DNA of 64,000 nucleotides from a virus. Positions 10,599 through 19,981 of this stretch are shown here, piece after piece (positions within the stretch are counted from its first letter, which is position 1; each line of letters opens with the position of its first letter). The stretch lies in the IMG/VR virus record IMGVR_UViG_3300049734_000086, positions 1 through 64,000 of that record; one strand, 5' to 3'. A program made the position numbers and the translations under genes. The notes beneath the pieces are model-generated. The model made no database searches. It saw only the letters and a list, made by a program, of their open reading frames with translations, and was not told the DNA's origin.

Positions 10599-11663
10599 TC
10601 AGGCCAGCAGGTTCGTCGAGCGAGTGTTGACCACCGTGATCCGCAGCGGGGCGGTCAGACTCGTCATGCCCGCAGGCGGTCCCGGAGGCATGTAGAGGTC
10701 GAAGTCCACCACCGGGCGGACCTGTCCGTGCCCGACGACCACCGCCTTGTAGCCCCCAGTCTGGACTTGCAGGTTGGGGATCTCGAAGAACAGCGAGCGT
10801 TGGGTCGTGGAGTTGACGTAGGTCCCGCGCATGTGCAGGTCGGCCTTGAACCTCTGGCTGGCGTGCATCCCGGCCTGGAGCGAGTTGGCCGAGGCCGAGG
10901 TCATGCGGGCGTAGGTGATCTGCATGGTGCCGGTCCAGAAGCCGTCGTCCTCGGCCTCGATGATGCCGTCGGAGTTGAGGACGAAGTCCTGGGCCAGGGG
11001 CCGGGTGATGTCCAGACTGAACTCCTTGGCCACGGGCACTTCATCGGTGGCGGTCAGCGAGTTGCCGGACTGGATGTTCATCCGCAGCCGGGTGAGGCGG
11101 CGGAAGGCTCGGTTGCCGGGCGTGGCGGGGACGGCCCCGGCCAGGGTCGCCGAGTTGTTGATGACCGAGTCGTAGGTGGTGCGGTTGCCGACGATGGCGA
11201 AGTTCACCTCCATCCGGCCCTGCGCGCCGACCTTGATGCCGAACCCCATCACCTTGAACGAGGGAATCTCCTGGACGTAGTTCTGGAAATTCGCCGCGTA
11301 GGTGAACATGGGGACCAGACTGGGGCTCAGCGTCAGGACGTGCTCGTAGGCCACCAGGGACCCGGCCGCCTGAGAGCTGACGACCACGGGAGTGGCGGCC
11401 GATCCCATGGCCCCGGCCAGAAACACGTCGGGGCCCTGCTCGAAGCGGAGCTGCATGGCCATGGTCGGGGTCACGGGCTGGTAGTCGCCGACCTCCGAAG
11501 GGCCGATGAAGTCCTGGGAGAAGGATTCGTCAATCACCATCTCAGGGCGGTTGTCGAACCCTTCGGTATTCATGATCAAGAGCTGGTTGGTGACCGAGGC
11601 GGGCACCGCCCAAGTGTTACAGCGGGCAAACCCCGCATCGATCAAACGTCCGACAACACCCAT
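10599..11663 (-). CDS. major tail (tube) protein
   Basis: Start MGVVGRL behind AAGGAG; ~354 aa beta-rich; upstream of the chaperones. Confidence 0.8.
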   Translation of the reverse strand: MGVVGRLIDAGFARCNTWAVPASVTNQLLIMNTEGFDNRPEMVIDESFSQDFIGPSEVGDYQPVTPTMAMQLRFEQGPDVFLAGAMGSAATPVVVSSQAAGSLVAYEHVLTLSPSLVPMFTYAANFQNYVQEIPSFKVMGFGIKVGAQGRMEVNFAIVGNRTTYDSVINNSATLAGAVPATPGNRAFRRLTRLRMNIQSGNSLTATDEVPVAKEFSLDITRPLAQDFVLNSDGIIEAEDDGFWTGTMQITYARMTSASANSLQAGMHASQRFKADLHMRGTYVNSTTQRSLFFEIPNLQVQTGGYKAVVVGHGQVRPVVDFDLYMPPGPPAGMTSLTAPLRITVVNTRSTNLLA

Positions 11664-11790
11664 GAGGCTGACTCCTTGCCTAGACTCCCGCGCGAGGGAG
11701 CTATGGCGCAATACGGGTTACGAGTCTTGTTGGTCAGTCTGAGACAGGTCGCCGGTCGGGTCACAGGACGGGTCATCGTACGCATCGGTG

Positions 11791-12198
11791 CTAGTCCAGG
11801 GTGACGGCAATCTGCAGCCGCCCCACGGCAAAGTCTTGGTCGTCTTCGGGTTCGGGGATGTCCGAGCCAGGAGCGGGCTCGTCCATCACGGAGTACGGGT
11901 ACTGCGGGTAGTCGTCGGTGATCGCATCCTCCAGCGCATCGAGGTCCACTTTCAACTGGCGGGCGGCTCCCCACCCGTCCCGTTGAATCCGCCGGGCCAC
12001 GTGGATGAACAGCAGGTACTCGTCGTTCTGCGCTCCGCCCACGTAGTCGATGGACCCGACTCGCTCGGCGCTGAGATGATACACCCGGTGCATCTGCGTC
12101 GAGGGCTGGAGATCGAAGTCGAACGGCTCGATCGACTTGTGAAAGCCCAGGGCCTCGGTCAGGACGGCGATGCGGAGGACCAGTTCGTCGGCGGTCAT
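11791..12198 (-). CDS. putative tail completion/terminator protein, paralog A
   Basis: 135 aa acidic protein directly upstream of the tail tube. Confidence 0.6.
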   Translation of the reverse strand: MTADELVLRIAVLTEALGFHKSIEPFDFDLQPSTQMHRVYHLSAERVGSIDYVGGAQNDEYLLFIHVARRIQRDGWGAARQLKVDLDALEDAITDDYPQYPYSVMDEPAPGSDIPEPEDDQDFAVGRLQIAVTLD

Positions 12199-12584
12199 GA
12201 GGGATTGCTCTCCCGGATGAACTCCACCGTGAAGCGGAGGCGGGCGACCAGGAAGTCCCCGACCTTGGTCGGCGGCTGGATCATCTTCTCGGGCACGGGC
12301 TCGTCGGCGACGTTGTAGCCACCGGCAATGGCGTCCAGGTGGACCTGATCCAGGGCCGTGTCCAGGTCCTGGTGCATCTTGACTCTGGTCTCCCAGGCCC
12401 CGAGGCGGCGTGTGCGCCGGGCCATGAAGATCGTGAACTCGTGCTGCTCGATCCGGTAGCCCGCGTCGGTCTGCAGGACCGGCTCGTGGTTGACCCGCTC
12501 ACTGGTCATGTGGAACACCTGATCCAGCCGGGTATCGGGTTGGAGATCGAAGTTGAACGGTTCGCGGGCGCGGGCGTATCCCAT
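12195..12584 (-). CDS. putative tail completion protein, paralog B (lacks N-terminal helix)
   Basis: EPFNFDLQPDTRLDQVFH aligns with EPFDFDLQPSTQMHRVYH of paralog A; TGATG-coupled start. Confidence 0.65.
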   Translation of the reverse strand: MGYARAREPFNFDLQPDTRLDQVFHMTSERVNHEPVLQTDAGYRIEQHEFTIFMARRTRRLGAWETRVKMHQDLDTALDQVHLDAIAGGYNVADEPVPEKMIQPPTKVGDFLVARLRFTVEFIRESNPS

Positions 12585-14059
12585 CACGCCGTCCCCATGC
12601 CTTCGATGACCAGGATGATGCGGTCCCACACCAAGCCGACAGCGGTGGTTTCGAGGACCGGCGGGGGAATCGGGGCGTCCCCGGCGAAGGTCGAGGAGCC
12701 GGTGGCTTGGAAGACCGCGTTGACGGTACGGCCCCCGGCCATGGCCATCGTGGCGCTGCCGGTGGAGGTCAGGACCGAGGCGGTGGTACTGGCTCCGGTC
12801 GCCGAGAGGGCGGCGGTGGCTGCCGAGGACAGGACTCCGGCAGCCGTGGCACGTCCGACCCCGGCCGCAGTGGCCACGCCAGCAGACGACAGTGCCCCAG
12901 GTTTGACGCCCGTGCCCACGGTGAGGCAGGTGGCCACCCCCGAGGCGTTGAGGACTGCAGCGGCCGTGGAGCGGCCCACGGTGGTGACTGTGGCGGACCC
13001 ACTGGAGGCCAGGGCGGAGGCAGCCGTGGACCGGCCAGTCGCCGAGCACGTGGCGGACCCCGAGGCCGAGAAGACCCCGGCAGTGACGCCAGCGTTCGAG
13101 GCCGCGAAGGTCCCGACACCAGCCGCGTTGAGGACCGAGGCGGCGGTACTGCGACCGACCGTGGAGACCGTGGCTTGACCCGAGGAGGCCAGAACGGACG
13201 CCGCCGTCGAGCGACCGACCGTGGTGACACTGGCCGCGCCACTGGAACTGAAGACGGCCGAGGCAATGGCCTGCCCGGTGAAGGCGACCGAGGCCGACCC
13301 ACTGGCGGAGAAGGCGGCGGGGGAGGCCCCACCTTCGCCGACCCCACCAATCGTGGCTTGCCCGGCGGCCGAGAACACAGCAGCCGCCGTACTGCGGCCG
13401 ACCGCCGAGAGTGCGCCGGTCCCGGCCGAGGAGAAGGCCGAGGAGGCGGTGGACTGGGCCGTGAAGGCGGCGGTACTCGAACCACTAGCCGCGAGGACCC
13501 CGGCTGCAAGTCGGGCCCCGACGAAGGTGGCGGTGCTGGTGCCACTACTACTGAGGACCGACGCCGCTGTCGACTGCCCCACCCCGGTGAGCGCCCCACT
13601 GCCTGCCGACGTGAAGACGGAGGCGGCCGTACTCCGCCCCACGGCACTGAGCGAGCCGACACCACTGCTACTGAGAATGGAGGCGGCCGTCGACCGCCCC
13701 ACCATGGACACGGAGGCCGCGCCACTGGAGGACAGAACGCCGGTCCCAATCGTGGCTCCGACTGCCGAGAACGTACCCGCGCCACTGCTGCTGAAGACCG
13801 ACGACGCGATCCCACTGCCGACCGTGGTGACCGTGGCCGACCCGCTGGAGCTGAGCACCGAGGCGGCCGTCGACCGTCCCGTGTGGGACACGGTGGCCAC
13901 ACCACTGCTGGCGAACACCGCAGCGGCGATGCTGGCCCCGACAAAGGCGGCCACCGCCACGCCGCTGGCGCTGACCGATGCGCTCTCGATCCCCGGCGCG
14001 GGCGGTGTGACCGCCAGGGTGTTGTTGAAGCGCGGAGACCGGAGTTGATGGAAGGACAT
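12584..14059 (-). CDS. Ser/Thr/Ala/Gly-rich repeat virion protein (~20-aa repeats)
   Basis: About 20 copies of VGRSTAASV(L/F)xSSGxAxxxx. Confidence 0.8.
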   Translation of the reverse strand: MSFHQLRSPRFNNTLAVTPPAPGIESASVSASGVAVAAFVGASIAAAVFASSGVATVSHTGRSTAASVLSSSGSATVTTVGSGIASSVFSSSGAGTFSAVGATIGTGVLSSSGAASVSMVGRSTAASILSSSGVGSLSAVGRSTAASVFTSAGSGALTGVGQSTAASVLSSSGTSTATFVGARLAAGVLAASGSSTAAFTAQSTASSAFSSAGTGALSAVGRSTAAAVFSAAGQATIGGVGEGGASPAAFSASGSASVAFTGQAIASAVFSSSGAASVTTVGRSTAASVLASSGQATVSTVGRSTAASVLNAAGVGTFAASNAGVTAGVFSASGSATCSATGRSTAASALASSGSATVTTVGRSTAAAVLNASGVATCLTVGTGVKPGALSSAGVATAAGVGRATAAGVLSSAATAALSATGASTTASVLTSTGSATMAMAGGRTVNAVFQATGSSTFAGDAPIPPPVLETTAVGLVWDRIILVIEGMGTA

Positions 14060-14070
14060 GGAGGTCTAGC

Positions 14071-14787
14071 CTACAAAGCCCTCCCGGGTGTGAAGGCAGC
14101 CGGGCGCAGGATGTTACCGGGCTGGAAGCGCCCGTAGAACGGATGGTCTTCGACTGCCGTTGTCCCGTTATTCGTGGGGCTCAGACCGCCGACCAAGTCT
14201 GTCAGTCCCAGGGCCTCGGTCAGCGGCCAGTACCCGACTGGCGAGTCGATGATGCGCGCATCGCGCCCTCGGGCTAGCATGAACATCTGGTCCGACGACA
14301 GTTCGACATCGCGCCAGATCGCAACCTCCGCGATCACGCCGTCGAAATAGTTCGTCCCGTTGGAGAGCGCCCCAAACGTCAGATTGACTGCCGGTTCTGT
14401 GGTGGGGCCACCCATGGTCCCCTGCATCGTGATGGACCCGTTGATGTACGACCGCGCACGCGCATCCGAAATTCGCCACGACGCACCCACCGCAACCCAT
14501 CGGTCGTAGAAGGCAGACACATCACCGCTGTCTTGGCCGACCTGCCATCCGAGTCCTTCAATGGGCCACGTCATGATGAGTCGAGTGTTCGGACTAGTAC
14601 CGGCCACCTTCAGCGACCAGCCATTCGTTCCAGCATCCTCCTTGCTGATGATGTAGCGTTCTAAGCCGTCAGACCCCGAGGTGGCCTTGATCCACGCATG
14701 CACCGTCCACGCCGTGATACCCACATTGTCGTGGGCATCCCCGACGTGAAACGACTGCGATGATCCCCGGACGAACTGTCTGCCCAT
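14071..14787 (-). CDS. LamG/concanavalin-A-like lectin domain protein
   Basis: WTVHAWIK, YING, FDGVIAEVAIW and GYWPL motifs. Confidence 0.8.
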   Translation of the reverse strand: MGRQFVRGSSQSFHVGDAHDNVGITAWTVHAWIKATSGSDGLERYIISKEDAGTNGWSLKVAGTSPNTRLIMTWPIEGLGWQVGQDSGDVSAFYDRWVAVGASWRISDARARSYINGSITMQGTMGGPTTEPAVNLTFGALSNGTNYFDGVIAEVAIWRDVELSSDQMFMLARGRDARIIDSPVGYWPLTEALGLTDLVGGLSPTNNGTTAVEDHPFYGRFQPGNILRPAAFTPGRAL

Positions 14788-14801
14788 AGTGGTCTGGCCT
14801 A

Positions 14802-16685
14802 CTAGACAACCTCAAACACCATCACGGCATAGCGGCCGTGGGGCGGATGCGTCACACGGTCGGCTGTCCGCAGGGGCACGTAGAGTCGCCGGGTCGCCGC
14901 GTCGAACACCACGCCCCCGAAGACTCCAGCAGTCCACTGCGTGCTGACGCCAAGGGTCGGGACGAGGTGACGAACTTCAAACTGATTCGTCGTCGGGACA
15001 CGGGACCATAGATCGGCCGTGCCCTTCGCCGTCGCAATCAGATCATCCGGGTTGTAGATCCACGCGAGTGGCACCCGCAAATGCGCGCCCGGCCCGGTGC
15101 CCTGCCACCAGTCGTCGAATTGGCCATGGCAGCAGGTCTTTGCCGCCGAGCCGTCACTGCGGAACGGATCGCCGTACCACAGATGCACGAACCCATCAGG
15201 GTCGCCCGGCGCTTGATAGCCCTGGGGCGTGGTGACGAGTTGTCCGAAGTAGAGGAGGCCGTGCTTGTCTGGGAGGTCGATCCAGATGCACGAATTCATG
15301 GTGTCGTCCTGGCCCGCTGCTGGGTCCTCGCCGCCAAAGAGCCCGAGACCCGGCTTGATGAACGAGCCCTGCCGACAGTCGTACTTCACGTTCCAGCCGC
15401 AGGTCTTGAAGCGCGTGTCGCGGGTCTGCCGGTGCTGGTAGTCGTGGAGGATCAGCCCGTGGTTGTCGACGCTCCAGTCGGCGTAATCGGTCGCGCCGTC
15501 CGGTGGCGTGTTGAGGGCGGGGAGATTGACCGCCGAGAGGATCGCGCCGAAAGGGGAATGGAAATTTCCGCTGGCCTGCGTCGACATCATGCCCGTGCGC
15601 TTGCCACTGAGATGGGCGTCGGCAAAGGCCTGGGGGATCTCGCAGAACGCTCCACGGGTCTTCTGGGAGTTCCACTTGGTGCGCCAGTTGCCGAAGGTGG
15701 CCGTGGTGCCGTCCGCTTTGAGTTGGACTGCGCCGATCGAGGGGTCGTGACCCGTGGGGATGTAGCCTTCCCCGTAGGTGTAGAAGATGGCTTGTTTCGA
15801 CTCGTCCCAGTGCAGACCGCCAAGCCACGAGGAATTGTTGCCGCCCCCGGTCAAGGTTTTGGTGAACGGCATACCCCACGACTTGATCTTCGGCATGAAC
15901 GGCGCGGACGCGACATCAGGCGCTGGGTCGGCAGACGGGAGGCCGTACTCAATCAGTTCGTTGCCTTGCGTCTCATTGCCGAGCGCGAAGAACTGCCGCT
16001 TGCCGTTCACGACACGGGACGTGAAGCCGCCACGCGAGTAGTAGCCTTCGGTGTAGGGGTCGAAGCGGTAAAAGCCCTTGAAGACCAGATCGCCGGGCAC
16101 CAGCACCCGCTTGGTCCCGCCACCACCACCGGGGTCGGTGCAGGCCTGGGTCGCGGTACGGGTCTCGATGCCGCTCAGGGGGCCACAGGCCGCGCCGCCA
16201 TTGGCCGGGGCCGTCACGATGCTCTTGGTCCAGGTCCTCTGCTCGCTGCGGGTCTGCTGTCCGCCCGCGCAGGCGGTCCAGGCCGTGACCGGCTCCCAGG
16301 CCCCGAAGGTCGGCTCGGAGATCACGCAGTCGACAGGGAGAGAGGGCGCGGAGGCGGTCTTGAAGCTGAAGACATCGCTCTTGGTCGCCCCGGCCCGGTT
16401 GAATGCCACGACCATCCAGTAGTAGACCGTGTTGGGCTGGGTCTTGCCGGTCAGGTCGAATGAGGTGGCGAAGGTGTCATTGGCGATACGAACTTCCGCT
16501 CTGGCCCCGGTGACCAGACTCCTGTCCGTGCTGCCGTAGAGGTCGTAGAAATCCGCGCCGTCGCAGGCCCACACCAGTCCGACTTCGGCATAGTTCTGCT
16601 GGCCGTTGGTCGGCTTCACCGCCACGGGCTTGGTTGGCTTGAGATACGTGCCCACCCAACGCTGCATTGATTCGTAATCACCCAT
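14802..16685 (-). CDS. adhesin-like virion protein (FN3-like + TSP1/spondin-like + C-terminal beta domain)
   Basis: QPNTVYYWMVVAFN (FN3-like); DCVIS..W..W.AC.GGQQTR..PANGGAAC (TSP1-like). Confidence 0.65.
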   Translation of the reverse strand: MGDYESMQRWVGTYLKPTKPVAVKPTNGQQNYAEVGLVWACDGADFYDLYGSTDRSLVTGARAEVRIANDTFATSFDLTGKTQPNTVYYWMVVAFNRAGATKSDVFSFKTASAPSLPVDCVISEPTFGAWEPVTAWTACAGGQQTRSEQRTWTKSIVTAPANGGAACGPLSGIETRTATQACTDPGGGGGTKRVLVPGDLVFKGFYRFDPYTEGYYSRGGFTSRVVNGKRQFFALGNETQGNELIEYGLPSADPAPDVASAPFMPKIKSWGMPFTKTLTGGGNNSSWLGGLHWDESKQAIFYTYGEGYIPTGHDPSIGAVQLKADGTTATFGNWRTKWNSQKTRGAFCEIPQAFADAHLSGKRTGMMSTQASGNFHSPFGAILSAVNLPALNTPPDGATDYADWSVDNHGLILHDYQHRQTRDTRFKTCGWNVKYDCRQGSFIKPGLGLFGGEDPAAGQDDTMNSCIWIDLPDKHGLLYFGQLVTTPQGYQAPGDPDGFVHLWYGDPFRSDGSAAKTCCHGQFDDWWQGTGPGAHLRVPLAWIYNPDDLIATAKGTADLWSRVPTTNQFEVRHLVPTLGVSTQWTAGVFGGVVFDAATRRLYVPLRTADRVTHPPHGRYAVMVFEVV

Positions 16686-16706
16686 TCGAGTCCTCCCCTC
16701 CTCTGG

Positions 16707-17384
16707 TTATGCGATGCCCCGGGACATCCCGACGCCCTTGATCGCTTTGTAGTTCTCCAACTGGTTCACCGGCAGCTCGGTGTACCCCACGGCGATGGCT
16801 CCCCAGTCCTCTGATGTGCCGAAGGTCCAGCTCAGGGTGACCCCGCCCGGGACTTCGGTGAGGAGGTACTGCTCCCCACCGCCGTGCGTGCCGTCGTCGG
16901 TGTTGGCGATGATGGTGCCGACCTGCGCCGAGGGGTTCCAGGTCTGCGCGCCCGAGCCGACGATGGCGAAGACGATGCCCGGGTCCTGCATCGTGACTGA
17001 CCCGGGCGTGGGGTTGGTCGAAGTGCCGTTGCTGGACGAGACCTGACGCAGGACGCCCGTGCCGCCCCGCGCCTCGACCATCGTGATGAAGATGGTCAGC
17101 GCCCCGGTGTTCGGGACCGTGATGGTGTAGTCCCCAGGCACGGGGTTGAGGACATCCCAGTACTCGACCGAGGTCTCCGGGCTCGCTGCCGCCTTGACCA
17201 CCCCCGCCCGTACCGTGAAGGCGGTGGAGCCCAGGGTCGGGCTCCCCCCGGCCCGGTTGGTGGCCCCGGCGACCTTCATCAGCAGGGCGAGCACCGACAC
17301 CCCGGGCAGCACCTCGTAGGTGAAGGTGATCGGGTTCCCGGCGGACGACGTACGGACTCGCCCGAGGCGGTAGGTGAACGCCAT
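16707..17384 (-). CDS. putative virion structural protein
   Basis: 225 aa Thr/Gly/Val-rich beta protein in the structural cluster. Confidence 0.6.
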   Translation of the reverse strand: MAFTYRLGRVRTSSAGNPITFTYEVLPGVSVLALLMKVAGATNRAGGSPTLGSTAFTVRAGVVKAAASPETSVEYWDVLNPVPGDYTITVPNTGALTIFITMVEARGGTGVLRQVSSSNGTSTNPTPGSVTMQDPGIVFAIVGSGAQTWNPSAQVGTIIANTDDGTHGGGEQYLLTEVPGGVTLSWTFGTSEDWGAIAVGYTELPVNQLENYKAIKGVGMSRGIA

Positions 17385-17402
17385 GGTCCTGGGTGGCCAG
17401 AA

Positions 17403-18233
17403 TCAGTTCAGGGACTCCAGCCCGTAATCCATCCCGGTGATGGTGTTGGACGCCGAGTTGGCCGACCAGTCCCCGGTGAAGGACAGGGCGGTGTCGGCGG
17501 TCAGGTCGACGGTCACGGCGGCCGGGGCGTCGAAGCCCGAGACGCCATACACGTTGGTCGACACGGCCGTCGACGACGTATGCACCGCAAGGCTGCCAAA
17601 TACCAGCAGCGTGCCCGTGGCACCGTTCAAGCGGGTCTGGATGTCCAGTACCGTGCGCCAGTTGACGTTGGTGACGCCCGAGCCCATGGTGATGGCTTCG
17701 GTGTTGGCCAGGATGGTACCGCTCACCCCGCCCCACCTGAGGGCCCAGACCATGGTGGGCGTGCCCGTGGTACTGAGCTTCCCCGAGCACGTCAGCCGCA
17801 TCCGGCGGCCGTCCTGCATGTAGTTGGCCGGGATGGTCACATTGGGGAAGAGAATGGTCTCGGTCGTGGTCGTGTGGACCGCCGTCCCATCGGCAGTCGA
17901 CCATGCGATCAGCTCCTCCCAGTACTGGCGGCTGTTCTGGATGTCCAGCGGCCACTTCCTGGGATTGAAGGGCCGCGCCGACTTCGGGATCCCCAGCTTC
18001 TTCTCCAGCTCCAGGATCCGGTTGGTCAGCAGCCCCGTTTCCGTCATCCGGGTCCACCGGGGGTCGATGCCGGTGCCGCCGCAGTGGCGGTCCCGGGAGG
18101 CGTGACGGGTGACCCGGCCCGAGGCCCCAGGGAGGGTGAGCAGGGAGCCGAGGCCGGAGCAGTCTGGACACCGGGGCCCGTGCTGGCCTTGCAGGTTGTG
18201 CGGCGGTCGTGCGCCGACAGTAGCGAGTGACAT
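17403..18233 (-). CDS. putative virion protein with N-terminal CxxCxGxG zinc-finger-like segment
   Basis: CPDCSGLG...HCGGTG followed by a Thr-rich beta domain. Confidence 0.55.
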   Translation of the reverse strand: MSLATVGARPPHNLQGQHGPRCPDCSGLGSLLTLPGASGRVTRHASRDRHCGGTGIDPRWTRMTETGLLTNRILELEKKLGIPKSARPFNPRKWPLDIQNSRQYWEELIAWSTADGTAVHTTTTETILFPNVTIPANYMQDGRRMRLTCSGKLSTTGTPTMVWALRWGGVSGTILANTEAITMGSGVTNVNWRTVLDIQTRLNGATGTLLVFGSLAVHTSSTAVSTNVYGVSGFDAPAAVTVDLTADTALSFTGDWSANSASNTITGMDYGLESLN

Positions 18234-18241
18234 GGTGTGGG

Positions 18242-18547
18242 CTACTCCTTCTCCGGTTGCGGGTGATCGGTCCTGTCGGCGGCTGGGGTCTCGGTGTCGG
18301 CATCGGCGGTGTCGGGGAGTGCAGCCAGTCCCTGACGCACCCGCTCCAGGACGCCTTCACGGGCTTCGAGCATCCGCTGCCGGATGATGTCGGGCTGGTC
18401 CATCGAGATGCCCTCCTGCGAGCACCGCTTGACCGCATCGGCCATAGCCTTCTCGATCTGGGCGCTGACCGACGCGCCCCCGCCCCACTTGGCGGCGCTG
18501 GACAGTGTGGCCACGGCGGACACAATCTTGGGTTCCTTCTTGGCCAT
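18242..18547 (-). CDS. hypothetical protein (101 aa)
   Basis: Start MAKKEPK behind GGAGG. Confidence 0.7.
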   Translation of the reverse strand: MAKKEPKIVSAVATLSSAAKWGGGASVSAQIEKAMADAVKRCSQEGISMDQPDIIRQRMLEAREGVLERVRQGLAALPDTADADTETPAADRTDHPQPEKE

Positions 18548-18549
18548 GG

Positions 18550-19020
18550 TCAGTCCTCCGTGATGGTCGAGGCGGTGGTCAGGCGGGGCGTGATGCCGTC
18601 GCCGGTGACGATGTTGGGAGTGACCGTGCCCTTGTAGAGGATCTTGCCGGTCGAGGACGAGGCGGTGCCGACGTGGGCGTGGGTGGCGGTACCCGAGCCC
18701 CCGGTCCCGGCCGGGAAGTCGATATTGGCCACCGGGGACACACTGTTGGCGGAGACCGTCCACCCACCCGTGGTCCTGGCGACGGCGACCCGGGCGTAGG
18801 AGGTGTAGGTGATCTCGTTGGTGGTCTGGTCGCCCGCCTCACCCGGGTCGGCCGTGTGCAGACCCATCTGCAGGTTGGCCAGCGGGGACGAGGCCGCGTT
18901 GTCGGCGATGTTGGCGATGGCGGTGGCGTTGAAGATCAGCTTCAGCAGGTCGTTCTCGAAGGTGTTGCCCTTGGACCGTGCCATGCTGACGAGCGGTCGC
19001 AGGCGAATGGGGTAACGCAT
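18550..19020 (-). CDS. head/tail fibre-type structural protein with 14-aa leader
   Basis: SKGNTFENDLLKLIFN...LHTADPGEAG...NEITYTSYARVAV, a common phage virion family; AAGGAG RBS. Confidence 0.75.
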   Translation of the reverse strand: MRYPIRLRPLVSMARSKGNTFENDLLKLIFNATAIANIADNAASSPLANLQMGLHTADPGEAGDQTTNEITYTSYARVAVARTTGGWTVSANSVSPVANIDFPAGTGGSGTATHAHVGTASSSTGKILYKGTVTPNIVTGDGITPRLTTASTITED

Positions 19021-19093
19021 CAGATACTCCTTGAGTGGGTGACGGGAACCGCTGGTGTCTGCATGGTCAGTCTGGTCAGCACAGTCATCGGAA

Positions 19094-19969
19094 TCATCCA
19101 CGCTCGATGATGAACAGCGATTGGTCGATCGGGGCCGCCGGGGAGCTGGGCACCACCTGCTCCTCCTCCGGCAGCGTGAACTCGTTGAGGCCGATGAGCG
19201 CATCAGCCAGCATGTTGTCGGCCATGGTGTGGTACTCGCGGGACTTCTCTTTCCACTCCCCGCGCTGCGCGCCCCAGCCCTCGCCGTACATCATCGCCAT
19301 GACCTTGTAGGCCGAGGGCAGGGTCAGGCGCGAGCGGCGGACGGGCAGGGCCTGGGAGATGGCGGTGGGTACCGAGGGGGTGCGATTGGCCCCCACCCGC
19401 ATCCAGTAGCGCCATGTCGACTGGTCGTTCAGTGAGCGCCGAGCCCAGTTGGTCGGGTGCTGCCAGCCGATCTGGCCACCGCCCGAGAAGGCAATGGAGT
19501 TGACCAGGGTGGCGTCAGAGAGGGAGGACATCGCCGACCAGCCCGTGCCGGTCCAGTACTCGTAGGTCCCCACGGTCAGACTGTTCACGTTGGGCGTGCT
19601 CTGCATGGTGAGCCAGAGCTTGCGCGGCGCTTCGGGCATCCCCAGGTAGAGGAAGTCCGAGCCGACGGTGACCAGGGTGGTGGCCAGACTGACATCGTCC
19701 AGCGTCTTGTTGGTCACCGCCTCCAGGACATCGGTGAAGACCCCTCCGGTGTAGCCCAGCGCGGACTCGGGCGCGAAGCGGACGGAGTGGTTGTGCGGGG
19801 AGTACCCGGCTTTGACGAGGCGCGAGTAGAGCCAGTCGTCGACCACCGACACCCGCTTCTGCGCCATGTTGGTGCTGACGACGGCCGGAGAGTTGCCGAA
19901 CACCTCCAGGGCGTCGTAGTCGACGGTCAGCACGTCGAGTTCGGAGATGATGTCGTCGACCCTGAGCAT
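19094..19969 (-). CDS. putative head-tail adaptor
   Basis: 291 aa; position after the capsid cluster; helical C-terminus. Confidence 0.45.
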   Translation of the reverse strand: MLRVDDIISELDVLTVDYDALEVFGNSPAVVSTNMAQKRVSVVDDWLYSRLVKAGYSPHNHSVRFAPESALGYTGGVFTDVLEAVTNKTLDDVSLATTLVTVGSDFLYLGMPEAPRKLWLTMQSTPNVNSLTVGTYEYWTGTGWSAMSSLSDATLVNSIAFSGGGQIGWQHPTNWARRSLNDQSTWRYWMRVGANRTPSVPTAISQALPVRRSRLTLPSAYKVMAMMYGEGWGAQRGEWKEKSREYHTMADNMLADALIGLNEFTLPEEEQVVPSSPAAPIDQSLFIIERG

Positions 19970-19981
19970 GCGTCGTGCCTC

